A stretch of 50,357 bases of DNA, counting the filler, from Dimargaris cristalligena (Eukaryota): NCBI GenBank assembly GCA_003614675.1. It is 2 parts of 2 records of this genome, joined end to end, with 100 filler letters (N's around TTAATTAATTAA, not from the genome) between each part and the next. Parts side by side here need not be neighbours in the genome. Positions count along the whole stretch, not along the records: positions 1 to 25,143 come from ML002570.1; 1 more part is not named here. One strand, given 5' to 3'. The notes under the pieces were generated by a model. The model was given only the letters and a program-made list of their open reading frames with translations. It searched no databases and was not told the origin of the DNA. A program made the translations under genes and the position numbers. How positions within the stretch are numbered: position 1 is the first letter of the stretch; every line of letters starts with the position of its first letter. Shown piece by piece: positions 12,637 through 25,243 of the stretch.

Positions 12637-13869
12637 TTACAGAGCCGAGGCATTGATGACAGTCCCGAGGGTCTGGACGATATTGTCGGACATGGCCTCC
12701 TCCACCGTTTCGGCCAAGTGCCGCTTGGGGTCCTGCTTGCCAATGTGCCGAGTATCCAGCTGTTCGGCGGTCAGGGTCGATTCCTCCTGGACGGATTTGT
12801 TGTACGACTCGGCCAGCGTCAGCATCCGCTGGACGCTCTGCTCATTGCCCTTCATATGGTTTTCGAAGTTGGTCAACGTCAAACCATCGGTCCAGTCCTT
12901 CTTGTGCAGGTTCAGGAGCATCTTTTCTTCGAGTTCGTTCTTGCGGTAATCAATAGCGATGGAGTAGTAGTGGCGATTGAGGCCGTGGATCAGCGCCTGG
13001 ATGCTGGGCTTGTTCAAAAAGCCGACGTTGGAAGTGTTTTGGCGAGACTCTTGGCCGGCCATGACCAGCTGGGACTCGATACAGCGAAAAGCGTCAATGA
13101 CGACCTTGCCCTTGACCGACTGGATCGGATCGACTACGACGGCCACCGAGCGGGGGTTCAGGCGTTCAAAGGCTTGTTGGGTGTTGATGTCGACGCTGGA
13201 GAGCCAGCAGCCGAAACCGGGGTGGGAGTGGTACCAGCCAACCACGGACTCGGCCCGGCCGGTTTGCTTCAACATCTCCATCATGGCGGCCTGGTAGGCT
13301 TCGTCAATGGCCTCGACGGACACAGTGGTACCACTCTGGGGCATGGCGAACACGTCGACCACGCGAACGGTATAATCATCGACAAAGTCCCCCAGCATCA
13401 GGCCCATAACTTCCATGGGGACACCGGCGCGACCTAAAGTAAGAGTAACGGGGCAGGAGGGGGGGTGATTTGGTGGTTAGAAGGTGCATTATACAAAGGC
13501 GGGGTTGTTAGTTATGCATATGGGAGAAGTTCATCCAAGCTGTATAACAAAAAATCCATTAGATGGGGCCAACATTATTGGTTAAAATGGTTACTCCCGC
13601 ATACTATCCCATACACAAATCATGTAAAACTATATATAGCTGGCTTGAATTTCACCCATATATTCTCCAATTGGGCAGGGTCTATCCCGGCAAGCAAAAA
13701 GGGAGGGGTGATCGTCAACGGGCTTTACAAGTGGCTGCGTACCGTGTTTGAGCATTTTCAATAGGGCCAAGGAGGAGATGTGAATGACTTCGGCGGTATC
13801 GTTGACGGGATGGTCACCCAGGTCGCCACCCAGACCGGGCGCACCAGCGAGCAGAGGATTGAAGTCCAT
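12637..13869 (-). CDS. RPN11: 26S proteasome lid deubiquitinase Rpn11 (PSMD14); exons 13869-13743, 13433-12637
   Basis: Reads [27 protein letters not shown] across a phase-1 GT-AG intron (13742-13434). JAMM motif [18 protein letters not shown]; also [19 protein letters not shown] and [14 protein letters not shown]. Confidence 0.98.
13518..13661 (+). mobile_element. MITE-like element, copy 3 (inside the RPN11 intron)
   Basis: atatgggagaagttcatccaagctgtataacaaaaaatccattagatggggccaacattattgg...tatagctggcttgaatttcacccatat. Confidence 0.88.
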
Positions 13870-14596
13870 GGTGGGGATGGAGGATGGATAAAGAGGGGAT
13901 GGGTATGGAAGGACGTGGAACTTTGGAGGTCGCGAAGGAGGCACAGGAGATAAAGTGAGGGATGGATCGAGGGTAATGCAATATAACAAATGGAGAGAAG
14001 AGGTAGGACTTCTATGATGCAGCGGAGGTAGTCTGGAGTGATAAGCGAGTGAAGCAGTAAGTAGCGTCCAGCCTCGATGACTAATAAGGCCCAAGTATAG
14101 TGATTATAACCCAGAGCTTAGTCTATGCGCAATACCTAGAAACTCCGTCACCCAAAGCAAGGCCACTGGAGTCAACGACAAACAGCCTACGGGCTTGACC
14201 GTGGCAGCCCAGGGCACTTCAAAGGATTCCCATAGGGCTTCTTCCTTTGCGACTTCCCCAGACTAGAGTTTCCTTCCGGCTTTTGGTGATAAGTCCACAT
14301 TTCGCCAAGTTCAAGCTCAAATTAAACTCCCTTTTTCTTCTCGCGCTTCCAGTTATTTGTGGAGTACCAACGGCCAGGTCACCACCAAATATCTCCGCCA
14401 AACGGCTTGATATTTTGACTAATCTACAGCTACTGCCAAAGCCAGGTGTAGCTAGGTCTTCAGGAATCCACTCCCTTTAATCCCAACCCTCCTTTTGTTA
14501 ATTCCTAATCTTACTGACGATACTTTACTTTTCCCCTTCGGTACCTCTCCCCGTTTGTCGTTCATTCCCGTGCCCTTTTTGTTTGCACCACTCATC

Positions 14597-17500
14597 ATGT
14601 CCGACTTTTCTACCCTTGGGGCAATTTCGGACAGCGTCCAGCCCGATCAATACATTTACTTCAAGAACACCAGCCATGCCGTCCTTCTAGCCGGGGCCAT
14701 TCCGGAACCAATACTAGCCCTTCTCAAATACAGCGACGGCACCGTTCCCCCCGTCACCGGCTGTGTGCATTCGGCCACCGGCTACGCTGCCGTGGCTTCC
14801 GAATCCCACGTCTATGTATGGAGCTACAACCAGGCCGGCTTCCACGCCAGCCGCCCCACGACGCCGTACTATACATTCCCCATCGCCACCTCCCCCCTTG
14901 CTAACCGGCCGCGCTTGGCCTTACCCCCGGCCGACCGACCTCCCCTGCTGTATCTGGTCGCCCGTGATCCTGGTGTCACCTCGTCCACGCACGATGTAGG
15001 CTTACTTGTGGCCGCGCGGGACGGCCAGGTCCGCTTCTGGCAGCATGTGGCCTACGGCCTCTCGGGCTCCGAGAGCTACCAAAGCGCCGCCCTAGACCTG
15101 GAAGCCGGGGATTACGTGCAGCGTATTACTCCTTGCGAGGTAAGTGTCCGAATTAAATCCGCCTAGCCGAATAGTGTCCAGCAGCGTCGCATAGCTTCCT
15201 ATTTATTACACGGCTCTGCTTGATTTTTGGTTTCCGCAGTTTATCCGACTCCAGCTTCGACCAACCTAACCATATTCGTTTTATGAATTGACATCCTCTT
15301 AAATCCACGCAGCCGGTCGGATACCTCGTCTCAACCCACCATAGTCGATTGTTCAAGATCACCCTGTACTCTGATATAGGCAAGCCCCACATCACGGCTA
15401 CTGCATTAACCAAGCCCATGGGTATGTTGCATCGCGTCACTTCCTCCCTCCTAGGCTATGTGTCCCATGTGGTTGATGAAGCCAGCCAGTCTTTGGGGTT
15501 GGCCAGCGAGGCCCCCGCAGTGGTCGCTACGGTTGCTGGCGCCCCCGCGGGCTACCGCCAATCTCGCGAACTATTTGTCCTCACCCGCCGTCATCTCCAA
15601 CAGTGGGCCGTATCTCGGTCATTCGGGGACCAATTTATGTTCGAGCTTAACGCCTACGAACCTATTGTCCATGCCATCGCCCAACGGTACCAAATCGACC
15701 CAGCCTACATGGGCCAGCTTCGTTTGCAGCTCCGGGACTTCCAGCTGACCCCCGATGGTCGCTGGATCGTCCTCGCCTCGTATCTGCGCGATGCGGCTAG
15801 CCGGCACTTGGCCTCCGCCCTTAAAACCCATTTTGCCATCTTCGAGCTCCAACGGGTCCCCGCAGGGAACGGCGCCGAAGTCCTCCAGGTCGTGCAGGTG
15901 CGTAGCCTGCGATTCGCCTTGGCCGAATCATCCTGCCCCCGTGATTTAAGGCTCGTCCTGCCCCAAAGCGAGCCGCCGAGGCTAATCGCCCCGGTTCCGG
16001 TTGCGGGTAGCGAATCTCTCCCCCTAGTGGCCGCAGTGGTGTTTCCGTCCACCCTCGTGTTAACCACTCTCGGTGGGGGCACCGGCTTTGAGGAGGTGCT
16101 TCAGCTACGGGAGAGTCGGCTCTTGGATACCGCTCCCGAATTAACCCTCCGGGCTAACCTCAAGAAGGCCACCCACCGCTCGTTGGTTTCTGCCATTCCC
16201 TGGCTGGTTAATGAACGGTCGGTGGCTCAGCTATCTTTGCTCAGCATGACCGGGGGTGTCATTGACCTCTACTTTAACCTCTCCCAGCTGCGACAACTGA
16301 CCGTCAGCCAACCCCCCGATGCGGTTAACCAGCGCTCGGAAGTGGCTCCCTCGGCTGCCGAGCGGCGTCTTAAACAAATGCAACAAGTGAAAGGCACGCT
16401 AGAACAGGCCACCTTCTTTGGAACCGCTCCCGCAAATCCCATTGAGTTTTCGGTGGACCGGGCCGCCCCCGATGTTCTCGAAGACGCCGCCTTGGCCATT
16501 AGCCGCGAGATTACCGATTCGCGGTCCCCGTTTATTCCCCCGATGGTGGAACTGCGCCAACAACTCCAGGAACGCCTGATGCGATTGGGTACATTGGCCC
16601 AATATCTGCACTCCTGCGAGCTCACTTCCAAACTCTCTTCTCGTACGCGGGCCGATTTAGCCTGGAACGCCCAAAAGATGGCCGTCGCAACCGCCCTGTG
16701 GAACTACCGCAACGGACTGGTTACCCCGTCTTCTTCCTCGGCCCGCCATCCCGCGGTCCAGCTTTTGGCGGATGCCGTGGCCTTGGTTGATCCGAATACG
16801 GACACCCCCGCCGCCGACCCCCAAATCAATGATTCCTTCGCTCTTGCCGACATGGATGATGACCACGACGGGGGCGATAATGAATTACCCGCCGATCCCC
16901 TGCGTCGATTTTTCGTCCAACACGTGGGTCAAATGGACGCCCTCTTGATTGCTCTGTACCAGGCCTTTTTGAACCTGCGGGAAACCTCCAGCCAAACCGA
17001 AAGCCAGGGTCTCTATATTTACGAACTGAACCGTCTGCTGATGATGGCTTTCCAGACCACTTTCTTCTACCGCGACGACCACCGGGCCGTCTACCAACTC
17101 GATGAACGTCCGCTGGACACCGAAGCTTGGTACGCTACGGCTGACGTGCTTTCCCTTCTCCGGTCCGTGTATAACCTTTGCCGCACCCAGATCGAGCATC
17201 TGGGACGTCTCTACGATGGCTCCAAAGCGAATGAATCGAGAACCGCGGCCCCGGGTCCCAATCGGAAGGCGGGGATGGCGGAGTCCGAAGACTACCGGGA
17301 CGAAAATGAAATCTACGAATCCCCCCGGGCGCTCTGGTCGGTGCTTAAAAACCAACTGGTGTACTTGGGCGACCTGGTCTTGGATGTCTACCAACACCGC
17401 CTGACCTTCCACCAGGCCCAGGCTAGCGCCACTCACTCCCCACAGGCACTGGCTACTTTGGAAGACCAGTACAACCCTATCCGTGAAGAAATTATCTACC

Positions 17501-18834
17501 CCTTGGTGGACTTTGGCCGGGTGGATGCCGGATTCGAACTGGCCGAAAAATACCGGTGCTACCCTATCCTAGTCGACTTGATCTTCCAATATGAATCCCA
17601 GATTCTGGACAGTCGCCTGGAGCACCATGTGACCGAGTTCGGTCGGCCATTTGCCTTTGCGCTATACGATCGGTACACCTCCCGTCGGGAATATTACCAG
17701 TTGATTGCGCACGGGCGACTCCATCCGGATATTCTGGACCAATACTTAGAGTTACATCCAGAATTATTGACCTACACCTGGTTGCATAACGTCAACCAAG
17801 AGCGCTTGCCGGAAGCCGCGAGTCAGCTACTGCAGATTGCCCGGCAAAGTGGGGACGAGAACGCCACTACCCGCACTACTCTGAGCCTGGGAAAACTAGC
17901 GTTCCTGGCCACAGTGACTCTGGGCCAACTGGACGATCCGAACATTCAGGACCAGGTTGCCGATTATGACGATCAGCTGGATGTGGCCAACATCTACCAT
18001 AAGCTCCAGGAATACTGTAGCACGGTCTTGGCGGAAGTTGATGACCGGGTACCCAAGAAGATTGACGAAAAGGCTGTATTGGTGTCCGACCATATGGCCC
18101 CCGAGCTGGCCACCAGTGGAACCTACCCTACCTTGCATCGTCATTTCTTTCGGTTGGTCCGCAATATACTCCAGAATGTAGCCTTAGATACCCTAGACAT
18201 GGTTGACGTACTCACCCTGAGGGAGGTCGTTAGCCCCGTTCCTACCTCCGCCTCGAACCCCGACGCAGACAACCCTCCCCCATCGGATGATCGCAGCGAC
18301 TTCCAGTTAGCTCTGGAAGTCCTCCGTCGGGACCTGGACATCTCCAAGGATGGTCTCAACTACTGTCTGCGAGCTATTTGGCGCCGTGTCTTGTTACGGG
18401 ATGATTGGGCGGCTATCCATGCCGCTCTAGATCAGACCAGCGATGACGAGTTGTCCGCTACTCTACAAGACACTCATCTTTACCGCACGCTATGGTACGC
18501 CCGCTCCACTGATCTCCCGGACGACTATTTTGTGTGCCCCCGGGATGCCACTTGTAATACAAAAGTCGGTTTTCTGGCGACCCGCCTCGAACATAACGCC
18601 GCTAAACTGCCGCTCCCCCCATCCGGCCGGGGCTATACCGCCAAGGGTCTACTTGCTGACCTAGAGGCCGAGAGCAAACAACTGTTGGACCGGGTTAAAT
18701 CGTGCCACATTACCCGACACTACGGAGAAATCCTGCGTTTGATCAATACCCAGTTGCGCGAAATGAGCTTGGTGGACCAAAGTATGGACTTGGAAGATGA
18801 CGACACCCAGTTGATGGACACGGACTCGACTTAA
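14597..18834 (+). CDS. NUP133: Nucleoporin Nup133-like (N-terminal beta-propeller plus alpha-solenoid); exons 14597-15139, 15313-18834
   Basis: About 1350 aa after splicing a phase-0 GTAAGT..CAG intron. Motifs TGYAAVASESHVYVWSY, VGLLVAARDGQVRFW, CE|PVGYLVST, LEQATFFG..NPIEF, FELAEKYRCYPILVDL, LSLGKLAFLA and AIWRRVLLRDDW resemble fungal Nup133. Confidence 0.85.
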
Positions 18835-21061
18835 TTTTGGCTGCCGTACAATGAATGGGAGCGGTATAAAGCACTACCGTCTAGGCTTTAGACCATGGCT
18901 TTGGTTTTTGGTTCCCTTGGGGGACGGTATCTCATCCATCCTCAATATATTATTATCGACAGTGAGTAGTTTGTTGTTGTTTTTTTTTTTCATTGTCAGC
19001 CCAACACTCCTAACCATTGGTCACTATGCGTCTCCTTCCTCCCGAAATTACCTTTATATAAATATATATTCACGATAGGGGCAAAATTTACTATAATTGT
19101 TTAAGTTCTTGAATAGAACGAATGTGGTAAAATAGATGGGGAACATATTGGTTGCTAGTAAAATTTGTTACATTGGCTGTTCCTAGAGACTCCCGTGATA
19201 CCAATTGTCTCTAAAGTATTCAATGGTGGAAGCGTAGGTTCTAATGGCCGTAAAATGTCGAAAATAACAGGTTATTGAACCTATAAAAAAATCATAAGGA
19301 AAACAGTTGACCAATGGTACTACGTAGGTTAGTCTTGTTGATAAGACCAGGATCCCAGTTAAACCTAAAAAATGGTGTGGTTTGAGACAATTAACCATTA
19401 GGTGGTGACCCCAGGGATCATTTGTAGCTATTAGGGCAGTGTAAGTGGTCTCGTTATCTAGTAATGCCCTTGCGGTATCCTGCTGTAGTATCCCTCAGAA
19501 ACAATGACTTATTTCGAGACATTGTTAATGCTGGTATTAATCAACAGTTCTGTCAATGAGGCTATATACTTGCATATTGTTACATCTACAGCTAGAGCAG
19601 GGGCCGACCCTGAACACCGCATTAACCCAACTTCCCCGGATCCCACTGTTATTCCCAAGACCATAACCCTGGAAGTACCAACGGCAGACTAGAGCGGGTT
19701 GTAGCCATCCATTAGCTTTGGTGGCAGTATATGCGGTCCCTTACTCGGTCTTATCTGAGGATAATAATCGGTCATATAAAGTGTACTGGCCGCATTCATT
19801 GATTCCTTTAGTTTACTAGCGATCACAACGCTGCTACTAGTTCTATATTTCATGTTCCCTTTCAATAATCACGCTCATTCCACTCGCTATTTAACAGTAC
19901 CAGCATTATGGCAATCAAGCAATGTGGGATACTAAATGTAGAATACCCGTGAGGAAATACCCCATAGTACTAATGATACTCTGAAGTATAGCGAATAAGC
20001 TGGAGAATACGGCTATATCTAAGTAACCATAGCACAAAGGGTGCCTACTGTTTCAGCAATTGCCCTCAACAGCACAGTCAACACCCAATAGACCCCAGTG
20101 TAATAATTCACTGCCGATTTCGAGTATCCTCTGGATACAAATAGATACAAACAGGTACCTCATCACCATTACAGGACCACCCTCTGGTGGCATCCCTATA
20201 TATATATATATCTCCTGAATTATGGCCCCCTTATGTTATTTACATTTGAATCCATTAAGTTAAATCTATTAAGCTCATATATGCTCATTCCAATCAGTAA
20301 GTGTGCCAATAGTACCAACTTACTGACAACCCCCCATTGCTATGCTTCAGCAAGTAAGTCCCAGCTGAGATGGCTCCTGGGGCCAAATTCTGCAGAAGTG
20401 TGCTACACCAACTCCTCATTGGTGTATGAGTGGCTTCCCACTGTAATCCCAGCATTGAATAAGACCATACCACCTGCCAGCTGTTTCAAACCTCCTGTTT
20501 ACTTTTCCTATTTTTTAAAAATAGTAGAAAAATATGAAGAATATTTAATGTTACCCAGGTTTACCACCCTTAATCCACCAAGAGTCCCAAGGATAGGCTT
20601 CTAACAGTAGGTGGGGCTCAGGTTCAGCCAAGTGGGTTACTAGCATCAGGTACAGGTACAGTACTAACTAATAAAGGCTTAAGTACAGATATAGGCAAGG
20701 GGCATGTAGCAGGCACACTTACTAGTCAGTACAATGGGAGTGAGTATATATAGGGTTCATTTAGGGGTAAACCAGGGGGTAAGAATAAGCTAAGGAATCT
20801 AACTGGTCCCAATGGGGCCTGGTTATATATACATGGGGACAACCCCAGAGGGAGGTCCTGGGGGAAGGATACTTCTAAGGCTAAGGTATAGGTAAATAGG
20901 CCAACTGGATGACCATTAGTATCTGGAAGTCTCTAATGGTAACCAGAAGAGTCTTTAGATCAGCACTTGAGTGATTAGTGCAAGGAGCTGGAGTCCAGAA
21001 GAGGAAGGGTTATATAATATAGGACAATCCCATAGTATTGGGGGTGACTATGGGAAGGTTA

Positions 21062-21205
21062 ATATGGGAGAAGTTCATTCAGGCTGTATAACGAAAAATC
21101 CATTGGATGAGGCCAATATTGCTGGTTAAAAGCTATTCTCCCACATATTCACCCATACATGTACTATGTAAAACCCTATACAGCTGGTTTGAATTTCACC
21201 CATAT
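21062..21205 (+). mobile_element. MITE-like element, copy 4 (within the CpG-free tract)
   Basis: atatgggagaagttcattcaggctgtataacgaaaaatccattggatgaggccaatattgctgg...tatacagctggtttgaatttcacccatat. Confidence 0.9.
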
Positions 21206-21790
21206 AGTACTATAAGGCCTAATAGGGATATATACTAATGTATCTGGATTACAGAGGATTGGGTGGTCTGATATGGGTAACACCAGTATAAAAAGGAACA
21301 GTTGGTTAACCCAGGGATGGGTCCTTAGATGACTATTACTCCTATGTTTACTTTTATTTTCCTAGAGTTACTACATTAATCTTCATACAATACTAGGTCC
21401 ACTAATAATAATAAAGCTAGCTTCCTGAATACTTCCATACTTGCTCAATCTCATTCTTAACAGTACCAGGCCGCTATATAGAAATGATTTAAAGTATCAT
21501 AATTTACTCTGGTCATAAAAATAATGATTTATCTGCACTTTCATTAGTTGCACCAAAGGTATCCTCATTGTTGGAAATACTAAACGAGTACAAATAAAAA
21601 ATTATAAAAGCAAAGAAACAAGCTAGGGGTTAGTTGGTACCTCTAGGTGTGTCAGTATTATTGAATAGTATGATCGACGGGGGGGGGGGTTAAGTAGATA
21701 AAATAAAAGTAAATGGTGTAACTAATAGACTGATTTAATTGGCCAGAAATAGGAGATAATAGTAGACCCGTCGGGGTTTGTTTATCAGAG

Positions 21791-21810
21791 ATATGGGTGA
21801 TATTCGACCC
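21791..21810 (-). mobile_element. Isolated 20-bp fragment of the MITE right terminus, opposite orientation
   Basis: atatgggtgatattcgaccc is a 19/20 match to the reverse complement of the copy-2 right end (atatgggtgaaattcgaccc). Confidence 0.45.
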
Positions 21811-22839
21811 TTAAACAGGGATAATATTTCTATCTAGTGCGGTATATCTATTTGAAGTTTAGATAGCAGTCCTACTTTCTAGATAAACCAATTTATAATC
21901 GTTAAAGCCAAAAATCGGATGTTAAGCAAACCTCACTACAGGTTCATCATTGTAGGAATCATTACCCCCTTGCTCTTTAACACCACCGTCACAATTTTGA
22001 CTGCCCACACTTTGGTATTCCAATAGCTGGACACCTTACTTGCAATATATTAAGAATTAAGATGGTACCTCCCATGGCCATGACATGTCTGGCCAGTTAT
22101 GATAACGAGATACCGAATAGTCGGTCGACTGAAAGTGACAAATCTCCTTTAATATTCCCGTTTTCTCCACCCTCAGATTCATCAAACACTAATGCAATTT
22201 TTTCTGTCCAGGCCGCATAGTATCGATTATCTCTCACCCAGTATCTATAATCTATATATAATAACTATATTTTAGTCGAAAATAAGGGCATATCGGGCCA
22301 TATAAAACTCAACCCAGTCATTCTTGTCCATTCACAAACTATTCGGATTTGTTTCATTCCATTTCTTACAAACCTACTTTATATTACTTTCCCCCACCTC
22401 CCCAACTACTAGTTTATAGTATATACTATACCCCTTGAACAAAGCGCTCCTTTTATACAGTTTTTCTAGGCGCAGCATATCTCGAGGGTCTATTTGGGTT
22501 ACATCATAGGATATGAGACATGTTATTCCGTTGGAAGGGCCCAAAATCCCCGGACTGGGTGTGGTAAACTAAATCACTGGGCTTGAATAAATATGGATAC
22601 TGGCTGGTCCCACCGTAGTGCATCTTTTGCCGTCCTAATGACACTGTCTCCTGTAATAACGGAGCCGAGCCTGTGGAATATCCAAATGAATGGTCTATAT
22701 CTCTTGGTCTGGAACTGTTGAATCGGAAAACACAAACTATATTAACACTAGCCACCATCTTTGTACTGCCGAATTTTTCTTTGTATCAGATGCACAACTT
22801 AATTAAACCCTTGAAAGTAGCTCTGTTTACATAATATTA

Positions 22840-24160
22840 TTGCTTTTACTCATCACCATCAAATCGGGAGTATCCCATATATCGCATTGCTGAATGAAAG
22901 AAAGTATCCCCACCGAGTAGGATGCTTTAGCCACTGGGCTCCAGATTCGATTGAAGGGATTCTAACAAACGTGGTAGACCATGTGGTTGAGGCGGAGGGG
23001 CTTCTGGATAATAGGGTGGAAAATCCACTTGAACCAAAATTACACTCATTGACGGATGATCTTGACCATCATACACTAAAGTCCTTCCATAGGGGTCCCT
23101 GGTGAATTTTTTTAATTATGCAGCCTCTAAACAGGCTTAACCCATTGTTGGTTATTCTAATTTTCTAATTAACAAGGCGTCCACCACAAGGATCTATTGG
23201 ACGTAACCTACAAACACCCTTTAGTCTATATTGGAAATACAGTGATAATGCAAAAATATGTACTCCAATATACATCTTCACTAGCCGTAGTATGCGTGTA
23301 TAAATATGCCTTCTTATCCAGGTAGCCCTGGTCCAGTGTACACTGTGCTATGTGCATTCATCTCCACATTATTTTTTCCGAATCCGTCTTCTAACTGTAT
23401 AAAATCTTGTCATTTCAGTCATTTTGTGTTCTCCCCATACCTTTGGAACCAGAATTTATATCAGTCATTTCATCATTTACATTTTTGTGATTTTTCACCA
23501 GTGTTTAAGTATTGTATTCTAGGCTACAGCCAGACCAAGCAACTAATATCCCGATTCAAATGAGTGGGTTTCAGATAACCTTCGATAACCCACGGGCATC
23601 CTTCAATAAACCAGGTGAGTGAGAAATCATTATGAATGTATGCTGTGTGACAGAACATCATTTTCATTGACGTACTATTGGTACTATACCCCGTGTCGCC
23701 TTATTGTATAAAAGTGACCATTTTTACCATTTGTGTTGGAACATACATACATCTTCTAATTTAAATTTCCTGCCACTATTTCGATTGAATACCTAAAGGG
23801 GCTCTCTATGCTAAGGACCAGACAACCCATGTCCTACGAATGCTTCAGCTTCGGAAGACCTACAATGTCATGATATATGATAATATCCCCAGGGTTAATG
23901 CGGATGCCTTCGATTTCTCGCCTGATTCGGTCGGACTCCTTAATATACAAGATATAAGTAATCCCCATGTTTGCACCACATATCTCATCTGCCTTAAAAT
24001 AGATGAATCACATGAATTGGTCATCGAAAAACTACATTTCTTCTGGCAGCTCCAATTCGTTCTAGATAAGCTCAGTGATATGAATTCCAAAGCAGACTTA
24101 TTCATTATTCCCCGTGATGAGGTTGGAACATTCCAGGACATTATGGATTTTCATTGTTTC
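22840..24160 (-). pseudogene. Decayed protein-coding relic of unknown family (possibly transposon-derived)
   Basis: The minus-strand frame reads protein-like (..NELELPEEM*FFDDQFM*FIYFKADEICGANMGITYILYIKESDRIRREIEGIRINPGDIIIYHDIVGLPKLKHS*..) with scattered TAG/TGA/TAA stops. In-register antisense frames stay open (23840-24241, 22887-23105). Confidence 0.35.
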
Positions 24161-25143
24161 CTACCTATGTGTAGAGGAATGGGTCTTAAGCAAATTGCTG
24201 TTAATAGTACCAATAGTGTTTTGAGGTGGACCTGGGAATAGCCCTAGCCAGGTGGGATCATATCATGTGGCTCCCTTGTAGGTTCATCAGTCTCATATTA
24301 CCTTACCTGGTATTGCTTACTCTTCATTGTGGGACCTCAAAATAGTCCCAAACCCAGTATGTCCCCCTCCCCACTTCCCTTGGTCACTCTCAATGAAAAC
24401 TTGGATTAAGTGATATAGTTCCCTCAGTATCATTCTACAGTCAAGCCACCTTTTAATGTTCCCAGGCACCATTTATACACCTCATAATTTGTGATGGGCC
24501 AGGTTATTGGTGGTCTTTGCTGTTATTCTGTAACTGTGTTTATGTCATTAATAAACTGCAATTACTGCCATCACTGTAAACCCATTGGCTTCCTTGAACT
24601 CCCACCAGCCACTTATGGTTAGGAGATCTGGCCCATTAAAATGTCTTACTGTTCAAAATCTACTTTAGACACTTCATACTTCCCGCCTTTATAATATTCA
24701 CATAGAGAATCCAAGTTGTAGGAATTAAGGGCATACAGGAGGATTGCCCTGCCTTTATATATACCTCACAATGTGGATTATGTTAGAATAATTGAATATA
24801 CGACAATGCAAAGCCTTGGTGTATTAAAGTAAATGAAAGTAATGAAACCTGCAAGAGTTATGTGGAATACACTCTGCTGTGTAATATATTATATGACTAA
24901 TAACTGTAAAGAGAGTTGGGATATAAATCTCTATATGATGGGATAATCTCCAAGAATATAATTTGATAGAGGCAGAAACTTCCTTTCTGTGGTGAACTTA
25001 CCACATTTTTTACCTACTTTTATTTTTTATCTATTTTTCGCACTTATCGGAAGTATGCCCCTGACGAGTGAATGAGCCCCTGCCCCTGCCCCTGACGAGT
25101 ATGGTCATTTTTCCTCCATTTTCATTACTATATTGTTTTTTCT

Positions 25144-25243
25144 NNNNNNNNNNNNNNNNNNNNNNNNNNNNNNNNNNNNNNNNNNNNTTAATTAATTAAN
25201 NNNNNNNNNNNNNNNNNNNNNNNNNNNNNNNNNNNNNNNNNNN
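25144..25243. other. Assembly gap or artificial contig linker (44 N + TTAATTAATTAA + 44 N)
   Basis: Exactly 100 bp with a centred palindrome giving stops in all six frames. DPH7 exon 2 stops abruptly at it. Confidence 0.95.

Noticed and set aside
11437-13437. Antisense ORFs of 195 and 239 aa over RPN3 and RPN11
   Set aside because: In-register antisense shadows of GC3-rich conserved genes.
13434-13742. MITE as an intron-generating element (introner)
   Set aside because: Element ends are about 80 bp inside both splice sites, and the other five copies are intergenic.
23840-24241. 133-aa plus-strand ORF as a real gene
   Set aside because: Better explained as the open antisense frame of a decayed minus-strand coding sequence.
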